From assembly GCA_013239625.1 (NCBI GenBank), contig MU053606.1, forward strand, positions 124,001-188,000: a stretch of DNA of 64,000 bases, given 5' to 3'. How positions within the stretch are numbered: the stretch's first letter is position 1; each line of letters begins with the position of its first letter. The DNA comes from Lama guanicoe (taxonomy: Eukaryota). This document shows, one piece after another, positions 10,170 through 21,794 of this stretch. A program made the position numbers and the translations under genes. Under the pieces are notes generated by a model. It saw only the letters and a program-made list of their open reading frames with translations. It was not told the origin of the DNA and did not search any database.

Positions 10170-13100
10170 GCATAAATTGGACATCACCCATCCCATCAAA
10201 ACTCACTAAAAGGGTCACCATTCCATTAGGAGCCAAAGTCGTCCCAAAGTCTTCCAGGACCCGGCATGCATTGCCTCTCCGCCCACACTCTCCCCATCAC
10301 TCTGGGGGCCTCTGGCTCTGGCTCTTCCTTCTCCCTCCAGATCTATTCTGCTTCAAGTTCATTACTCCATGAGATCTGCCAGGATTGCCTTATTCTCTCC
10401 TGCCTGTCTCCCACCCCACCACCATCATCTGAGTTTGCTCATATCACTCTTATTTTTCCCCAAGCTCTTGCTACCCCCATGTTGCCTGTTTTCTCTGCTA
10501 AAACTCTGAGCCCCCAGTGATGGGGAGTCATGTCTATTTTGTTGACTAATAAAGCCCAAGAGCCTTGGGAATGGGTATAGTTACTAGATTCCCATATGTA
10601 GCAGGAGCTTATACAGATTTGCTGAATGAATGCAGAGGTCCTGGTCCAATCCGATGGAGCACTTCTGTGTCCTGCTCAAAGAATAACTCTCCTTTCCTCC
10701 TGAGAGGATGACCACTTCTTGGTGATCAAAGGCAAGATCTATTTTCTTTATGCTGTTAACCTTAGGTGGGGAGACTGGGGAATCTTCATTTATATTTTAA
10801 AATTTGATTCACTCTGCAGTTTGTCTTCTATGTATCCTTTTGAGAAACCTTTTACGAGTGATCATTCTTCCATCAGATTGAACAGGATCCAGGGGGAAGT
10901 ACCAAGCCTGAAGTGTGGAGGCGAGAGGTCAGGTCCTCTGTATTCTTCCTGAGTGCCCTGGCCTTATCCATTCCCCCAGCCGCCTCTGGGCAGCCAAGCC
11001 CAGGAGCTGGGCCACTGGCAATTGTGCTAATCAATAATCCACCTCACCCAAAGTCCAGGGGTAGGAGCAGCCAGCACAACTGGTTGTAGACTCTGGAGTC
11101 AGGTCCTTGGAGGAATTCCTCACTGAACAATGTTTTGGACCTTTTATTTTTCTCTATAGCCTCCAGCTGAAGAAACAAATTGCCTTAGATACATGAAAGG
11201 TGAGAACACCTTCTATCCCCATGGAGCCCAGGTGGGGCTGGGAGTCTGCTGTTTGTACAGCCGGTGGGCTCGTGTTGCTTTGGGCATCCCTGTGCCTGAA
11301 TTCCTGCAGTACACTCGGTGGTAAGAACGGGGGTGCCTGGCAGGGAGGGAAGCGGGTCGGGAGACTGCACAGCTGGGGAGATGTTAACCTGGGGTGAGTG
11401 GGAGCCGACTGATGCATGGAATCTCAGTGCAGGGAACTCTCCACACTCAGAGAGGTTCCCACTCCTGCAGGGTCCCTTTGATCAGGGTGCTGGGCTATCA
11501 GCACAGCAGGGTCCCTGTGAGGATCATGGTGCCTTCAGGCAGTGGGAAGTAAGGGGTCCAGTGGCAGTTAAATTAACTGTGCACCCAAAGCCAACCCCCG
11601 TCTCTTTCAGCCTGTTTCCTAATCTGCAAAACTGGAATGATGTTAACCATCCTGCAGGTTTGTTGATGGGCTGGGACACACTAGACAGCCAGGAGCTGGA
11701 ATTCCTCTGTGCCCTGATTGTTATCCTTCCTTCCCACTATTTACTCTCACAAGCTCAGTCTCTCTGTCTCTCTCTCATTCACTTGTAACTTTCTCTCCTG
11801 CTGTGGTTTCATTTGATTCCCACCGTCCTCCCAATCCCCAGATGAGTGAAGTTAATTTTTGTGTGTCAGTTCCAAATTCCCAGGAAAGATGCTCTGTCCC
11901 CTCTGGATTGGTTGTCCAACCCATCAGTTGCAGCCAGAGGAGTGAGTCCCTCTGTGACCAGTGGAGGGGATCTGCCCAGCCCCCCAGCCACCACTGTGGG
12001 AGCACATAGCTCTCCCAGGAGGAGGTACTGGCTGTGACTTGGTGTCACTAAGTGTGAATTTGTGTCTCCTCTTGCCCCACCTACATCCTCCTAAACAAAG
12101 ATGAAAATTAAACACTCCCGAGATTTGTGACATAGAACACTCAGGGTGGGGGCTAAGAGGGCTGGATTCCCTGCTGAGTGTAAGGGGCTACAGTGACTCC
12201 CCAACGAGAGCCTGTAAAGGGAACAGCACCGGCCCCACTGGACACTTAGGGCACTGAGCCTGCGTGACATTGAGCCAGGCTTCTGACCACAGCTCAGGGG
12301 TCTGGTCCGATCGGTTAGTCTTTGAAACCAACCAGCTTTGGATTCCTCAATCCCTCCCTGAGGTTTTACCTGAACCACCAGCTTCTGTATCTTTGAAGAC
12401 AGATGATGAGGACCCTTCACATAAGGCATTTGCTCAGCCCTGTGCGGGAATTTGTGCTGCACGGTCTGCCCGGCGAGCTGACCAAAGTTGGTATTTTACT
12501 GATCTTAGAAATAGTCTGGTTTCCTGATGCACTGTTTCACTGAACAAGCAACAGAAGCCATCTCTGGCTGATAAAAGCAAAAATGGAACTTAATGAAAAG
12601 ATACTGGAAGGGTGCATGTAGTGGCCTGGATCAGAGCTGACCCGGGGGCCATAGGAGATGTTGGGGAGCCCCAGGCACCAGGCTGGGCAGGGTGCTACCA
12701 GGCCCCCTGCTGCCCCAGCAGGGACCCCCCTCCTCCTGACACTCCACCTCACTGCAGGTTCATGTCCTGGCAGGGCCAGGTCACACTGAAGCCACCAGCA
12801 CACACCTCAATGGGGGAGTTGGCCCCATCTCAGCTGAGGGCACGCCTGGTGTGGGGAGAGGCCCAGTTAGAGGAAGACAGTTCTCCTACTGTTCTGAGTT
12901 AATGTGCAAGTCAGTACCCATCACTCAGGAGAGCCAGGCTGGTCGGACCTCATTGTGGTGACTAGGCTGTCTGAGTTCACTTATTACTTTTTAGGTTGGA
13001 AGGCCCAAGAGGGAGAAAAAGTGGAGGTTCTAGTACTTATTTTATATTTCCCATGTACCAGGTATAGTAAGCAAGCCACTTCAGACAAGGCCCAGAACAA

Positions 13101-13299
13101 CCATATAAATAGTCCATGGAGCAAGTCGTGCAGTCAGGCCTCTGCAGCCCCGAAACCCGTGTCCTCATCAGCTCCGTATTTACCAGTGGAAGTTGTAGGG
13201 ATTTATGGGACTGTGTGCTCCTGTGGGGGCTGAGATGTGTGTGTTTAAATCCACATCTTCAGAAACTCAGCTAGAACCACAGCCACTGATTGTCTGCAT

Positions 13300-14215
13300 G
13301 GAGGCAGAGGAGGGGAGGCTTCCAGCCTCTGGTCCAGCTTGTGAGGAGCTCAGAAGTTGCTCCTTCTGTCCTGAAAACAATACCAGAGCTGAGGGAGCTG
13401 AAAACCCACTGCTCTTCTTAGATCCACAAGAAAACTGAGGGGGAAAGCTGCTCCCAACCCAGAGAGGCAGCCAGGTAGACTTGGAGAGTCACAGCTCCCA
13501 GGGCAGAACTCTCTTTTGTAAGAACCCCGGGAGCAGGCCTCAGGTCCCTGAAGCCAGCTGGAGGCTCAACGTGGGGAAGTCTGAGTGTGGCAACTCCAGG
13601 GGGCCAGTCAGAGGGGCCCCCTGCTCTTTTTCATGCATTTTACCTCTAGGGCCGTACCCTGTTCTCAGAGTGAAGATCATAGGAAAACTCCTTATGCTTC
13701 CTGCCAGGAAAGGAAAAAATAGCTCTATTGAAATACACCCAGAACATTCTCTTCCTTTGTGGGGTGGGGGAGAGTGTGTGTGTTTTGTTTTGTTTTGTTT
13801 TTTAATGAGAAATTATTTTACCAGAGACTAACCTACCTGGGGAAAGGGAAATACCTTCTGTGCCACCCAAATTGGGGTGGGGGGAAAGAGACACACTTGT
13901 GGAGGTCACAGCTCAGGGCACAGGCTCAATGAAAACTAATCACAGGACTACAGATGCCCTGCTCTATTCCGCTCCCCCAACACCTTACCTCCATATCAGT
14001 AGGGCCCCTGTGTAATAACAGGAATAAAATTAAAAGAAGTAAATGTCTCAGGAGTGTCTAGGGAAAACCCAAAGACAGTGGGGAGATGAAAACAAGGACA
14101 CACAGGCGGCTTTAGCCTCTCACACGAATAGCTGTAGCAAACTACACACAGCCCAGCCCCAGTAGATAAACAGAAAACCTCACAGAAGAAACTATTTATT
14201 TTGGTTCTCTTACCC
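13300..14215 (+). mobile_element. Ancient L1 5'-end (L1MC/L1M4-type) fragment
   Basis: Resembles recalled old L1 5' ends: tgtgaggagctcagaagttgc...gctgaaaacccactgctcttcttagatcc. Confidence 0.55.
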
Positions 14216-14884
14216 AGTGCATTCCATGGTGCATCCTTGCCTAGAATTGAGTGGAAGCAAGTCCCTCTCAGAAAGGACATAACTGAAGAGGAATGGCTTT
14301 CCAGACTCTGAAGGGCAGAGAAAGCATCAGCCTGGGTTAGAGAAAAGTGAAGGGTTGGGTAGGGGGTGGGCTGCCTTCTTCCCCAACTAAGGAACCTTCC
14401 TGAATCCAGCACAGTGGGAGGGAGGGCCATGGGGTGGAAGCAGCCAGACTTCTTCGTGAGAACTGATGGGATGCCTCCAAGGGACCATTCAGGTGCCCAA
14501 ACTGAGCCCTGAGGGTGGGAGCCAGTCGGTCTGCCTCAGAGCCCAGGACTGAGGTGGGCACACAGCAGGCCGGTCTTACTTGGCTGGATCCATTTCAGTT
14601 CTCCGAAGCCCTGTGTAAAACATGAAGAGTGGATGGGCTGGTGAGCACAGCTCTGCCCTCAAGACCGGTTTCAACTCCTCTCTTCCCAGAGAACAGCATC
14701 TCTGTGCCCATCCTGGGTGACCTCATAGAGATCACTCTAGTGGCCCAGGCTAGTGACCAGGAACATGTACCTTCCTGCAGCCAACCCCAGACGTCCACTG
14801 ATGATGCATCATATACTGGCAAAGATGTGAGTCCCTGTGCATTGGTCTAACAGCAGAAACTCTGCCACAGGCCCAAGAGGTGGT

Positions 14885-15062
14885 GTGTGGGACATGCAGG
14901 GGTGCAGGAGTGTAGGCAGTGCAAAGGTGTAAGTGGTGGCAGGGGTACAGGGGCTGTGGAGGGCGCAGGCATTTCAGGGGATGCGGGGGTGCAGGCAGTG
15001 CAGAAGTGCAGAGAGTGGCAGGGGTGCAGAGGTGCAGGGAGTGTAGGGATGCAGGGAGGTGC
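14885..15062. repeat. Degenerate purine-rich ~9-bp minisatellite (RGTGCAGRG-like)
   Basis: Repeated gggtgcagg, agtgcagaa and ggtgcagag units. Confidence 0.75.
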
Positions 15063-15099
15063 TCAGGCACGTGGCCAGGATTAGAAGGCAAGTGCACAT

Positions 15100-16945
15100 C
15101 CTCGCAGTGAGCCTGACCCCGGGAGGCTAGTGCAATGGTTTGGGGCGGCGGAGGCCGCGGTGGCCGCGGCGGTGGGTGGGAGGATGCCCGGGCAAGCCGG
15201 TCGAATTCTTGTCTTCCCTGCAACCTGGCCTGGAGGGGCTTTGGCCGCCGGAGATTCGCCAGATGTTGGATTCCAAGTAAGCTTGCTCCTGGTAGGTGGG
15301 GCGGTTAGGTCAGCGGGCGGCGGCAGCCGCAGAGGGGCAGAGCGGGGCTGCCCCTGGCGAACTGGTGGAATAGCTGCCTTGTCCAGGCTGCTGGGCCTGG
15401 GAGCGGCCTCTGCTGCCCAGGTTTCCGGACACACCTGTCCCACTCAGCTTGCTGAGTGGGGAGTGGGGACAGTGCCATTAAGGTGCGGGGCCCATGGGGG
15501 TAGTGGGGCTGCAGTGCAGAAGCCGGTCAATTCGCTCCTTTCTCCCCCGCGGCGGAGCGGGGGGCAGCTTCTGCTGCCCTAGAGGCGGGATGCCGGTCTC
15601 CAGGTGAGCTTGCTCCTGGGAGGCGGGTGCAGCGGCGCTAGGGGGAGGGGGGAAGTTCCAGGGAGCTGCTCCATTTCTTCTCTTCCTCGCAGCTTGGCCT
15701 GGGGGCGACCTCTGCCGCTGGAAATTTGCCTGAGGTCCGACTCCAGGTGAGCTTGCTCCTGGGAGATGGGTGCGGTGTGGTCAGGGAGCTGGTAAGGTGG
15801 TGGCTGTGGGGATTAGCTCCATGTCTGCACCGTGAGGCCTTAGGGCAGCCTCTGCTGCCCCAGGTTCTGGGGCACCCCTGTCCCACTTAGCCAACTGGGG
15901 GTGGGAGGCAGGGTAGTCAGGGTGCAGGGGTGGCGGGGGTCGGGGGCCTGCAGCTGGAAAGCGGGCTCATTTGCTCCCATCTTCCCCGCGGCTTGTCCTG
16001 GGGCGATCTCTGTTGCCCTGGGTTATGGGACACGTGTATCCTAGTCAGCCTGACCCCTGGAGGCGGGCGTGGTACGTTGGGGGTGGTGGCAGCAGCGGTG
16101 GGTTTTCCCATGAAGCAGGTCCATTTGCTCCCATTTCCCCACATGGTTTGCCCTGGGGGCGGTCCCTGTTGCCCCAAGTTCACCGGACATCCGGGGTAGA
16201 GGACCTGCAGCGCGGAGCTTGTCTATTTGCTCCCCTCTTCCCCGCTTCCAATCCTGGGGGCGTCATCTGCTGCCCAAGAAGCTGGATGCCCGTCTCCAGG
16301 TCAGCTTTCTCCTGGGAGGTGGAAGCGATGAAGTCAAGGGGCAGGGGCAGCCGGCCGTCGCAGCTGCCTAATGGGGCCACTTCTTTTCCCTGACCTGGCC
16401 TGGGGACAGCCTCTCCCGCCCAAGATTCCCCTGACACACCACACCAGGTCAGGTTGCTCCTGGGAGGTGGGCGCGGTGAGATCAGGAGGTGGAGAGGAGA
16501 GGGGTGCTGCCTGTTGCGAGCTGGAGGATAACCTCCCATCTCTCTGGAGGCCTGACGTGGGGGCGGCCTCTGCTGCCCCTCGTTCCCAGGTCACACTTCT
16601 CAGGGTCATATTGCCCCGGGGGTACATTAAGGTGTGGGGATGGCGGGGTGATGGCGAGGGTATGGAGCCTGCCATTTGGGAGCTAGTGGTTTAGCTCCCA
16701 TCTCCCCCGCAGCTTGGCCTGGGGGCAGCCTGTTGCCCCAGGTCACAAAGCACAGTTTCCCTGACAGCTTAGCCACCGGAGGTGGGCAGGATGTACTGAG
16801 GGGGTGGAGGCAGCTGCCAAGGCAGTGAAGGAGGGGGCTGTCCCAGGCCAGCTGGTCTATTTGTTCCCATCTCTACCTTTGCTGCCCTAGTTTTGCAGGA
16901 CGTCCTTCTCCAGTTTATCCTTCTCCTGGGAGGTGGGTGCAGTGC
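15100..16945. repeat. GC/CpG-rich degenerate tandem array, about 12-13 units of roughly 140-165 bp
   Basis: Core CAGGTGAGCTTGCTCCTGGGAGGTGGG-like motif near 15110, 15275, 15445, 15601, 15745, 15886, 16043, 16298, 16445, 16605, 16765 and 16911. It alternates with a TTTGCTCCCATCTTCCCC...CCTGGGGGCGGCCTCTGCTGCCC-like motif. Confidence 0.88.
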
Positions 16946-17019
16946 ATGCAGCCCAAGGTCTTGGCTCTCCCCTGGGGAGGGGAAGAACTCTCTTGTTCTC
17001 CTTTGTCTTTATTCTTCAG

Positions 17020-17103
17020 CGAAGGGGTTACTTGACCCAATTCTTAATCCTGAGAAAGTATAGCCTGTGTTACGGAAGAGCTGCTGGACAGTGTGGTTTC
17101 TAG
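17020..17103 (+). other. Candidate non-coding internal exon (84 nt)
   Basis: Long pyrimidine tract ctcttgttctcctttgtctttattcttcag before, and tag|gtgggt donor after. Confidence 0.45.
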
Positions 17104-17239
17104 GTGGGTTTTCACATCAGCTGATGCCCAAGGCAGGCAGGAAAGCTATTACTCAGAGCTTCTTAGTGTGGAGTTGTAGGATGGCCCCGCTGTCCTCACC
17201 ATACTTTTTAAAAATGTGTTACTCCCCTCTTTTTCCTAG

Positions 17240-17352
17240 GTGACATTTTAGGTTATTGGGTCACAGATTGCTGGCACACTCATCCCTGATCTCAAACATC
17301 TTTTATACTTGGGTGAAGTGATAAGTAGGGGAAGAAGATGATTTACTGAAAG
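17240..17352 (+). other. Candidate non-coding internal exon (113 nt)
   Basis: Acceptor ctcccctctttttcctag| and strong donor aag|gtaaga. Confidence 0.55.
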
Positions 17353-18339
17353 GTAAGAATACTTAAATTTGCATTAAAGCTACATTCTGTCAATCTTTCT
17401 CAAATGATTTTTCTCAGATTCAAAATCCACGACCTAGTGAATATTGTACTCCTGTGTAAATCATTGATCTTCACATCACATTTGTTAAATGGTCAATGAG
17501 ATTTGTTAAGTAGATTATTCCTGAAAGGAAAAGCTCAGGCTTTTGAGAATTCCTTGTCTGATGTCACCCAGGCTGTCACAGTAGAAGACAGAGCTGATAT
17601 AAAAATCCCTCAGCTTCCTGAACTGCAAATCTTCTGGGATTACTGATCCCTGAAACGCAGGTGAATCTTGATGATATTCTGGGGGATTGTTTACATGATC
17701 AGATTCTTCCAGTCCTATAAATGGGTTCTGTGGCCCCAGTCCCGGGAGAACTGGTCATAAGGGCCATATTGTGAGGGGTGGGATAGGAAGGCAAGGTGTA
17801 AGAGCTGGAATCACTGAGATTCCACACTTGCTAAACACAGACTCCAGAGCCTAATTGTTGTCAGGTTCTGTTCTGGATTTGAGAGTGTGTTCAGGCATGA
17901 TTCTTGCCCATCAGGAGTCACTGCCTGGGTGGAAGTAACCTTTACACAAATCTGGGAAGGATGGCAATTAAGTAGATGAGCTGTTACGGTACTCAGTGTG
18001 CCCAGGCTCGCTCTTCCAGGCACTCGTGGGACTAACGAGAGTCATGTAATTCACTCATTCACTGATTTATTACCCTTGAATTGATCATTTGTCCCATAGT
18101 AGGTGAAACAAGGGATCAGGAACCTGAGTTTTGTCCCCTCTCCAATCACTGATTGTATCTGTCAGCTGGGCGCCCTGCATATGCATTGTGAAATGGTGGT
18201 ATTTCTTGCCCAATGGGGCAGCACTGTCAGTTCTGAGAATCAGGGGAGTCTCATGGGTAGGACAGCACCCTGACACACATGACACCCCCCCACCCCGTGA
18301 GACAGCATTGTCGATGCTCAGGTGACCTGATGTAGACAG

Positions 18340-18508
18340 CGGTGTTAAACCCCGTGTTTAGTGATCTTGGCGGCTCTGAAAATACAGACTACCGGTCCCT
18401 ACCTCTGGAGATGCTGAGTGTCTGTACCCCAGAATTCTGCATTTTAAGAAGCACTTTAACTAATTCTGATGAGGATGATCTGAGTGTCCCATTGAGAAAC
18501 AGTGTTGT
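18340..18508. mobile_element. MER5-like hAT fossil
   Basis: ccagaattctgcattttaagaagcac...aattctgatg...ttgagaaacagtg. Confidence 0.55.
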
Positions 18509-18748
18509 GCAATACAGCAATATTGAGGATTCTCAGGGAATGATGTCTTTTCATGATGGTCCAAGGGCCCTCACTTGAGACTTTTGCCTTGGGTTTAATT
18601 GTATGTGTTCAGAAGTGATGTCTCTCACTTCCAGTGCTTGTAAGCGTGCTCTGTGCAGGAACTTGCACTAAGTAGATGGCAAAAACTATGATTCTTCAGG
18701 TCACCGAGCTAGAGTGTGAGCGACCTTTTAATTTGGTTTTCTTTATAG

Positions 18749-19138
18749 CAATGCAAAGTCTCCCGAGAACAGACTCAGACTGAACAGCTTTGTGTCAGAA
18801 TTTGGAAGACCGCTGGTGCCCAAGGTGTTCTCTGGCAGCACAATGACGAATCTAGGTCCCTCTTTCACTGCTACATCAATGAAGTGGACCACTTGGACAA
18901 GGCCAAAGCTGGTGTCTCAACCATTGCCCTTGACAGTGATATTCAGCTCCGGGAAGCCATCAGAAGCAGCAGGTGGCCAGAGGAGGAGCCGAACAGGCTT
19001 ATGAAATGTGACATCCCCAACTTCATCAACACAGACCAGAACTCTTCCTTTGGGGAAGATGATCTCCTGATTTTGGAACCACCAATTGTTCTAGAAGATA
19101 AGCCAGTTGCTCAGACCTCACACAAAGAATTGAATTGA
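18749..19138 (+). pseudogene. MRAP2: MRAP2-like terminal coding exon (melanocortin-2 receptor accessory protein 2), frameshifted; N-terminal and transmembrane exons not found
   Basis: After acceptor ttggttttctttatag| it reads NAKSPENRLRLNSFVSEFGRPLVPKVFS, then a -1 shift at ~18834 gives QHNDESRSLFHCYINEVDHLDKAKA...LMKCDIPNFINTDQNSSFGEDDLLILEPPIVLEDKPVAQTSHKELN*. Recalled human: NAESSEKRFRMNSFVSDFGRPLEPDKVFSRQGNEESRSLFHCYINEVERLDRAKA...FDIPNFVNTDQNYFGEDDLLISEPPIVLETKPLSQTSHKDLD. Confidence 0.92.
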
Positions 19139-20662
19139 GAAACGTGCTTTGTCAAGTGTCTTTGTGAAGATGTGAAGTCTGTCTTTGTATGGCAGGAATT
19201 CCCCTTTCACAAAATTGTATGTGTTTGTGTCTGAGAGAGAGAAATGGAGACAGACAGAAAGACAGAGACAGAAGAGAGCCCCCTCAGAAGAGAGCTAGTT
19301 AAGGTGAGTTTTTGTACCTTTAAAATTGCATTTGGGGTTTTTGGGGGAACAAAGTATTTACACTGTCTCATTCTCCTAGTTGGAAACCTTGGCTCCATAC
19401 TCAGTGTTAGCAGCCTTGAACGGGGGTTGGCACAGTGCATTTCATCTGGTGCTGCCACTTCCATGCTCTGCCTTTAGCAAGTTGCTTTGCCTGTCAGGGC
19501 TGCCACCCTTTTAACTGTAAGGAGAGGAGTCTGGAGTAGGTGATCCATCCCAGCTCTGCTGTTTTGCAAATTTCTGATTTCATATTCAGATGAGGCTTGG
19601 TTACACCCAGAGCAGTATAAACCAGGCCCTACCTCCTGTCACTTGCTGGGGCATCCCTCAGGTCTGTGCCTTCTACTCAACCCTTTACTGAGCCCAGCTT
19701 TTGTCAGGAGCCCAAGTGTCTACCGGGATGGCAGGAGACTTGTCTCTCGTGGTCACAGTGGCCGACATTTCTATTGGTTGTGCTGAAACAGCTCTTCTGT
19801 GATCCTCCGGCCACCCTTGCTCAAACCTGAGGACAGCACTACCGTTCCTTTCCTAGGAGGAGGATCAATCCATGTTGCATTTTATGACAATCCTGTCCCC
19901 AGGAATGCATGGAAGGTTATCAGCTGAGTGAGGGGAGGTGCCTCTGTGTCCCTCTGTCCCTGTATCTCTGTCTGCTCACAGTGCCCTGCCACCGGCTACT
20001 GAGCAAGAAAAGTGCTATTCACCATCATGTGTGTTTTGCAGACGTGTAGGTGATGGTCGTGTGGCTCGTTTGTGGGCTTTGAACTGGGATGTTGAAGGGC
20101 TTATAAATATCTCATCAACATGTATTTGAAGTGGCCTGGTGCCACACAGACTTGATTCATGAAGGCATCAAGCCTGCACACTGGTTTGGAAACAACTTGA
20201 TTTTGATCAGTCATACTGCATGCATGACTCGCTGCTAATCTCTGGGTGGTTTTTTTCATTTTAGATTTATTCACCCAGTGTCTTGCTTAAGCTGAAAAAA
20301 CTTTTATTTGAATATTCTCTGATTCTTTGTTTTCACACATCCAGTTTTTTAATTCCTTTAAAAATTGTTCTGTGTTTATAATGCCTCCTTATTTCTATCA
20401 TCTCTAGGTTCCCAGTGGCCTGAGCCATGCACCAGATTTCATGAAGGAACTGTACCACCAAAAGAAATCCCCTCACCATAATATCTTTTGAGGAAAATAT
20501 TATTCTTTAAGACTCTAACACTAAATTGTAGAACAAAGCATGGAACATTTCTTGTAGTTAATACATGTTCTTGCAAAAAGAAACTTGATATTTTCATTGA
20601 AGAATTTTGATTTTAATAACTTTTACTAATGTGAATATTATTATTCATAATTTAAGTAACCA

Positions 20663-20687
20663 AATAAAACCAGTTATTTATATTAAA
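20663..20687 (+). terminator. Candidate polyadenylation signals ending the MRAP2-like 3' UTR
   Basis: AATAAA at 20663-20668 and ATTAAA at 20682-20687, closing an AT-rich UTR-like stretch ~1.5 kb after the stop. Confidence 0.5.
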
Positions 20688-20764
20688 GATTGAAAACTAA
20701 ACTGAAGTGTATTTAAAAGGTTGAAAAATACCCATGATGACACCATCTTTTTTATTAACTAAAT

Positions 20765-20925
20765 ATCAAGAACTGTGCAGGGTTAAGATTTGACCACCTG
20801 CAAGCTGCCAGGTTAGCATGAGGTAGTTTGTGGATGCTGCCAGAAGACAGGACACTCCCCTAGGATTAGAGACAAAGGACTTCCTGCCAGCACAGCAGGC
20901 AGCCTGTGGTTCATGTTCATGTTTG
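20765..20925 (-). mobile_element. ERVL-class LTR fragment (MER73/MER74-like)
   Basis: ggatgctgccagaagacagga...agagacaaaggactt...cagcacagcaggcagc. Confidence 0.5.
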
Positions 20926-20929
20926 TTCC

Positions 20930-21580
20930 TGAGTTCCTTTCCTATTGCTGTTGTAACAAAGGACCACAGACTCAGTGGCTTAAAGCAATACACATTCATC
21001 TTCTCACTGTTCTAGGGTGCAGAAGTGTAAAGTCAATGTCAGTGGGCTAAAACCAATGTGTGGCCAAGGCTACATTCCACACCAAGGCTCTTGGGAGGGA
21101 TTCATCTTCGTACCTTTCCCAGCTTGCAGAGGTGCTCACACTCCTTGGCCCAGGGCCCTGTGTCACTGTGACTTCTGCTGCCACTTCACATCTCTGTCTC
21201 TGACCAATCTGCCTCTCTCCTCTAAGGACCTCCGTGATAATGTTTGCTTTCCTACAGTGATCTGCCATCCCAAGGTCCTTGACAGTCACACTTGCAGAGT
21301 CCCTTTTGCCATGAACAGTGACATATTCCCAGGTTCTAGGGATCAGACCGTGGACATATTGGGGGCCATTATTCTACCAAGTTCTTCCCTTTGGCCCCAC
21401 TGGTTCTTGTCCATCCCACATGGAAAATGCATCCACCTCATCCCAACACCCTCCAGAATCTCATTCACTACACCATCAACTCAAAGTCCAACATGTAGTC
21501 TAACTATTATCAGCTCAAAAGCCTAAATATTTTCATCCTCATCGCCTAAGTCAGGCATGAGTGAGAACCTGGGTGTGATC
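20930..21580 (-). mobile_element. MLT1 (MaLR) LTR plus adjacent internal fragment
   Basis: tcctattgctgttgtaacaaa...cagtggcttaaagcaatac...gggggccattattc, followed by MLT1-int-like sequence. Confidence 0.8.
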
Positions 21581-21794
21581 TTCTCTGCTCAAAATCCTGC
21601 AATGGCTTCTCATTTCACTCAGTGAAGAAGCAAGTGTCCTTATGGTGACCTTACAGCTTTCCTCCTTGTCCCCAAGCTGAGCTCATCTCTGGTTTTCTCC
21701 CTGGCTCACTCTGCTCCAGCCACACTGGCCTCCCTTCTGGCCCTTGGGGACATCAGACATGCACCCACAGGCCTGTTGCCCTGGCCATTCTCTG

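Larger units (their letters stand above)
8290..10632 (+). mobile_element. Fragmented LINE-2, interrupted by an AT-rich block, a (CA)n tract and a SINE
   Basis: L2 motifs aaactgctctgtcaagaccatcagtgaccccacattgctaaa and ggcagcatttgac; 3' tail gctgaatgaatg at ~10621-10632. Confidence 0.7.

Noticed and set aside
10640..10950. Possible further decayed coding sequence on the minus strand (also ~13040-13220)
   Set aside because: Some frames look protein-like, but there are stops in several frames, splice sites are unconvincing and I recognise no homolog.
15100..16945. CRISPR-like array, or protein-coding repeat ORFs
   Set aside because: Mammalian context; whole units are homologous and degenerate rather than fixed repeats with unique spacers; no cas genes; the ORFs are by-products of high GC.
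17572..17660. Treating this exon-like segment as MRAP2 exon 3
   Set aside because: It would join in phase, but encodes AVTVEDRADIKIPQLPELQIFWDY*SLKR with a stop and no similarity to the MRAP2 transmembrane exon.
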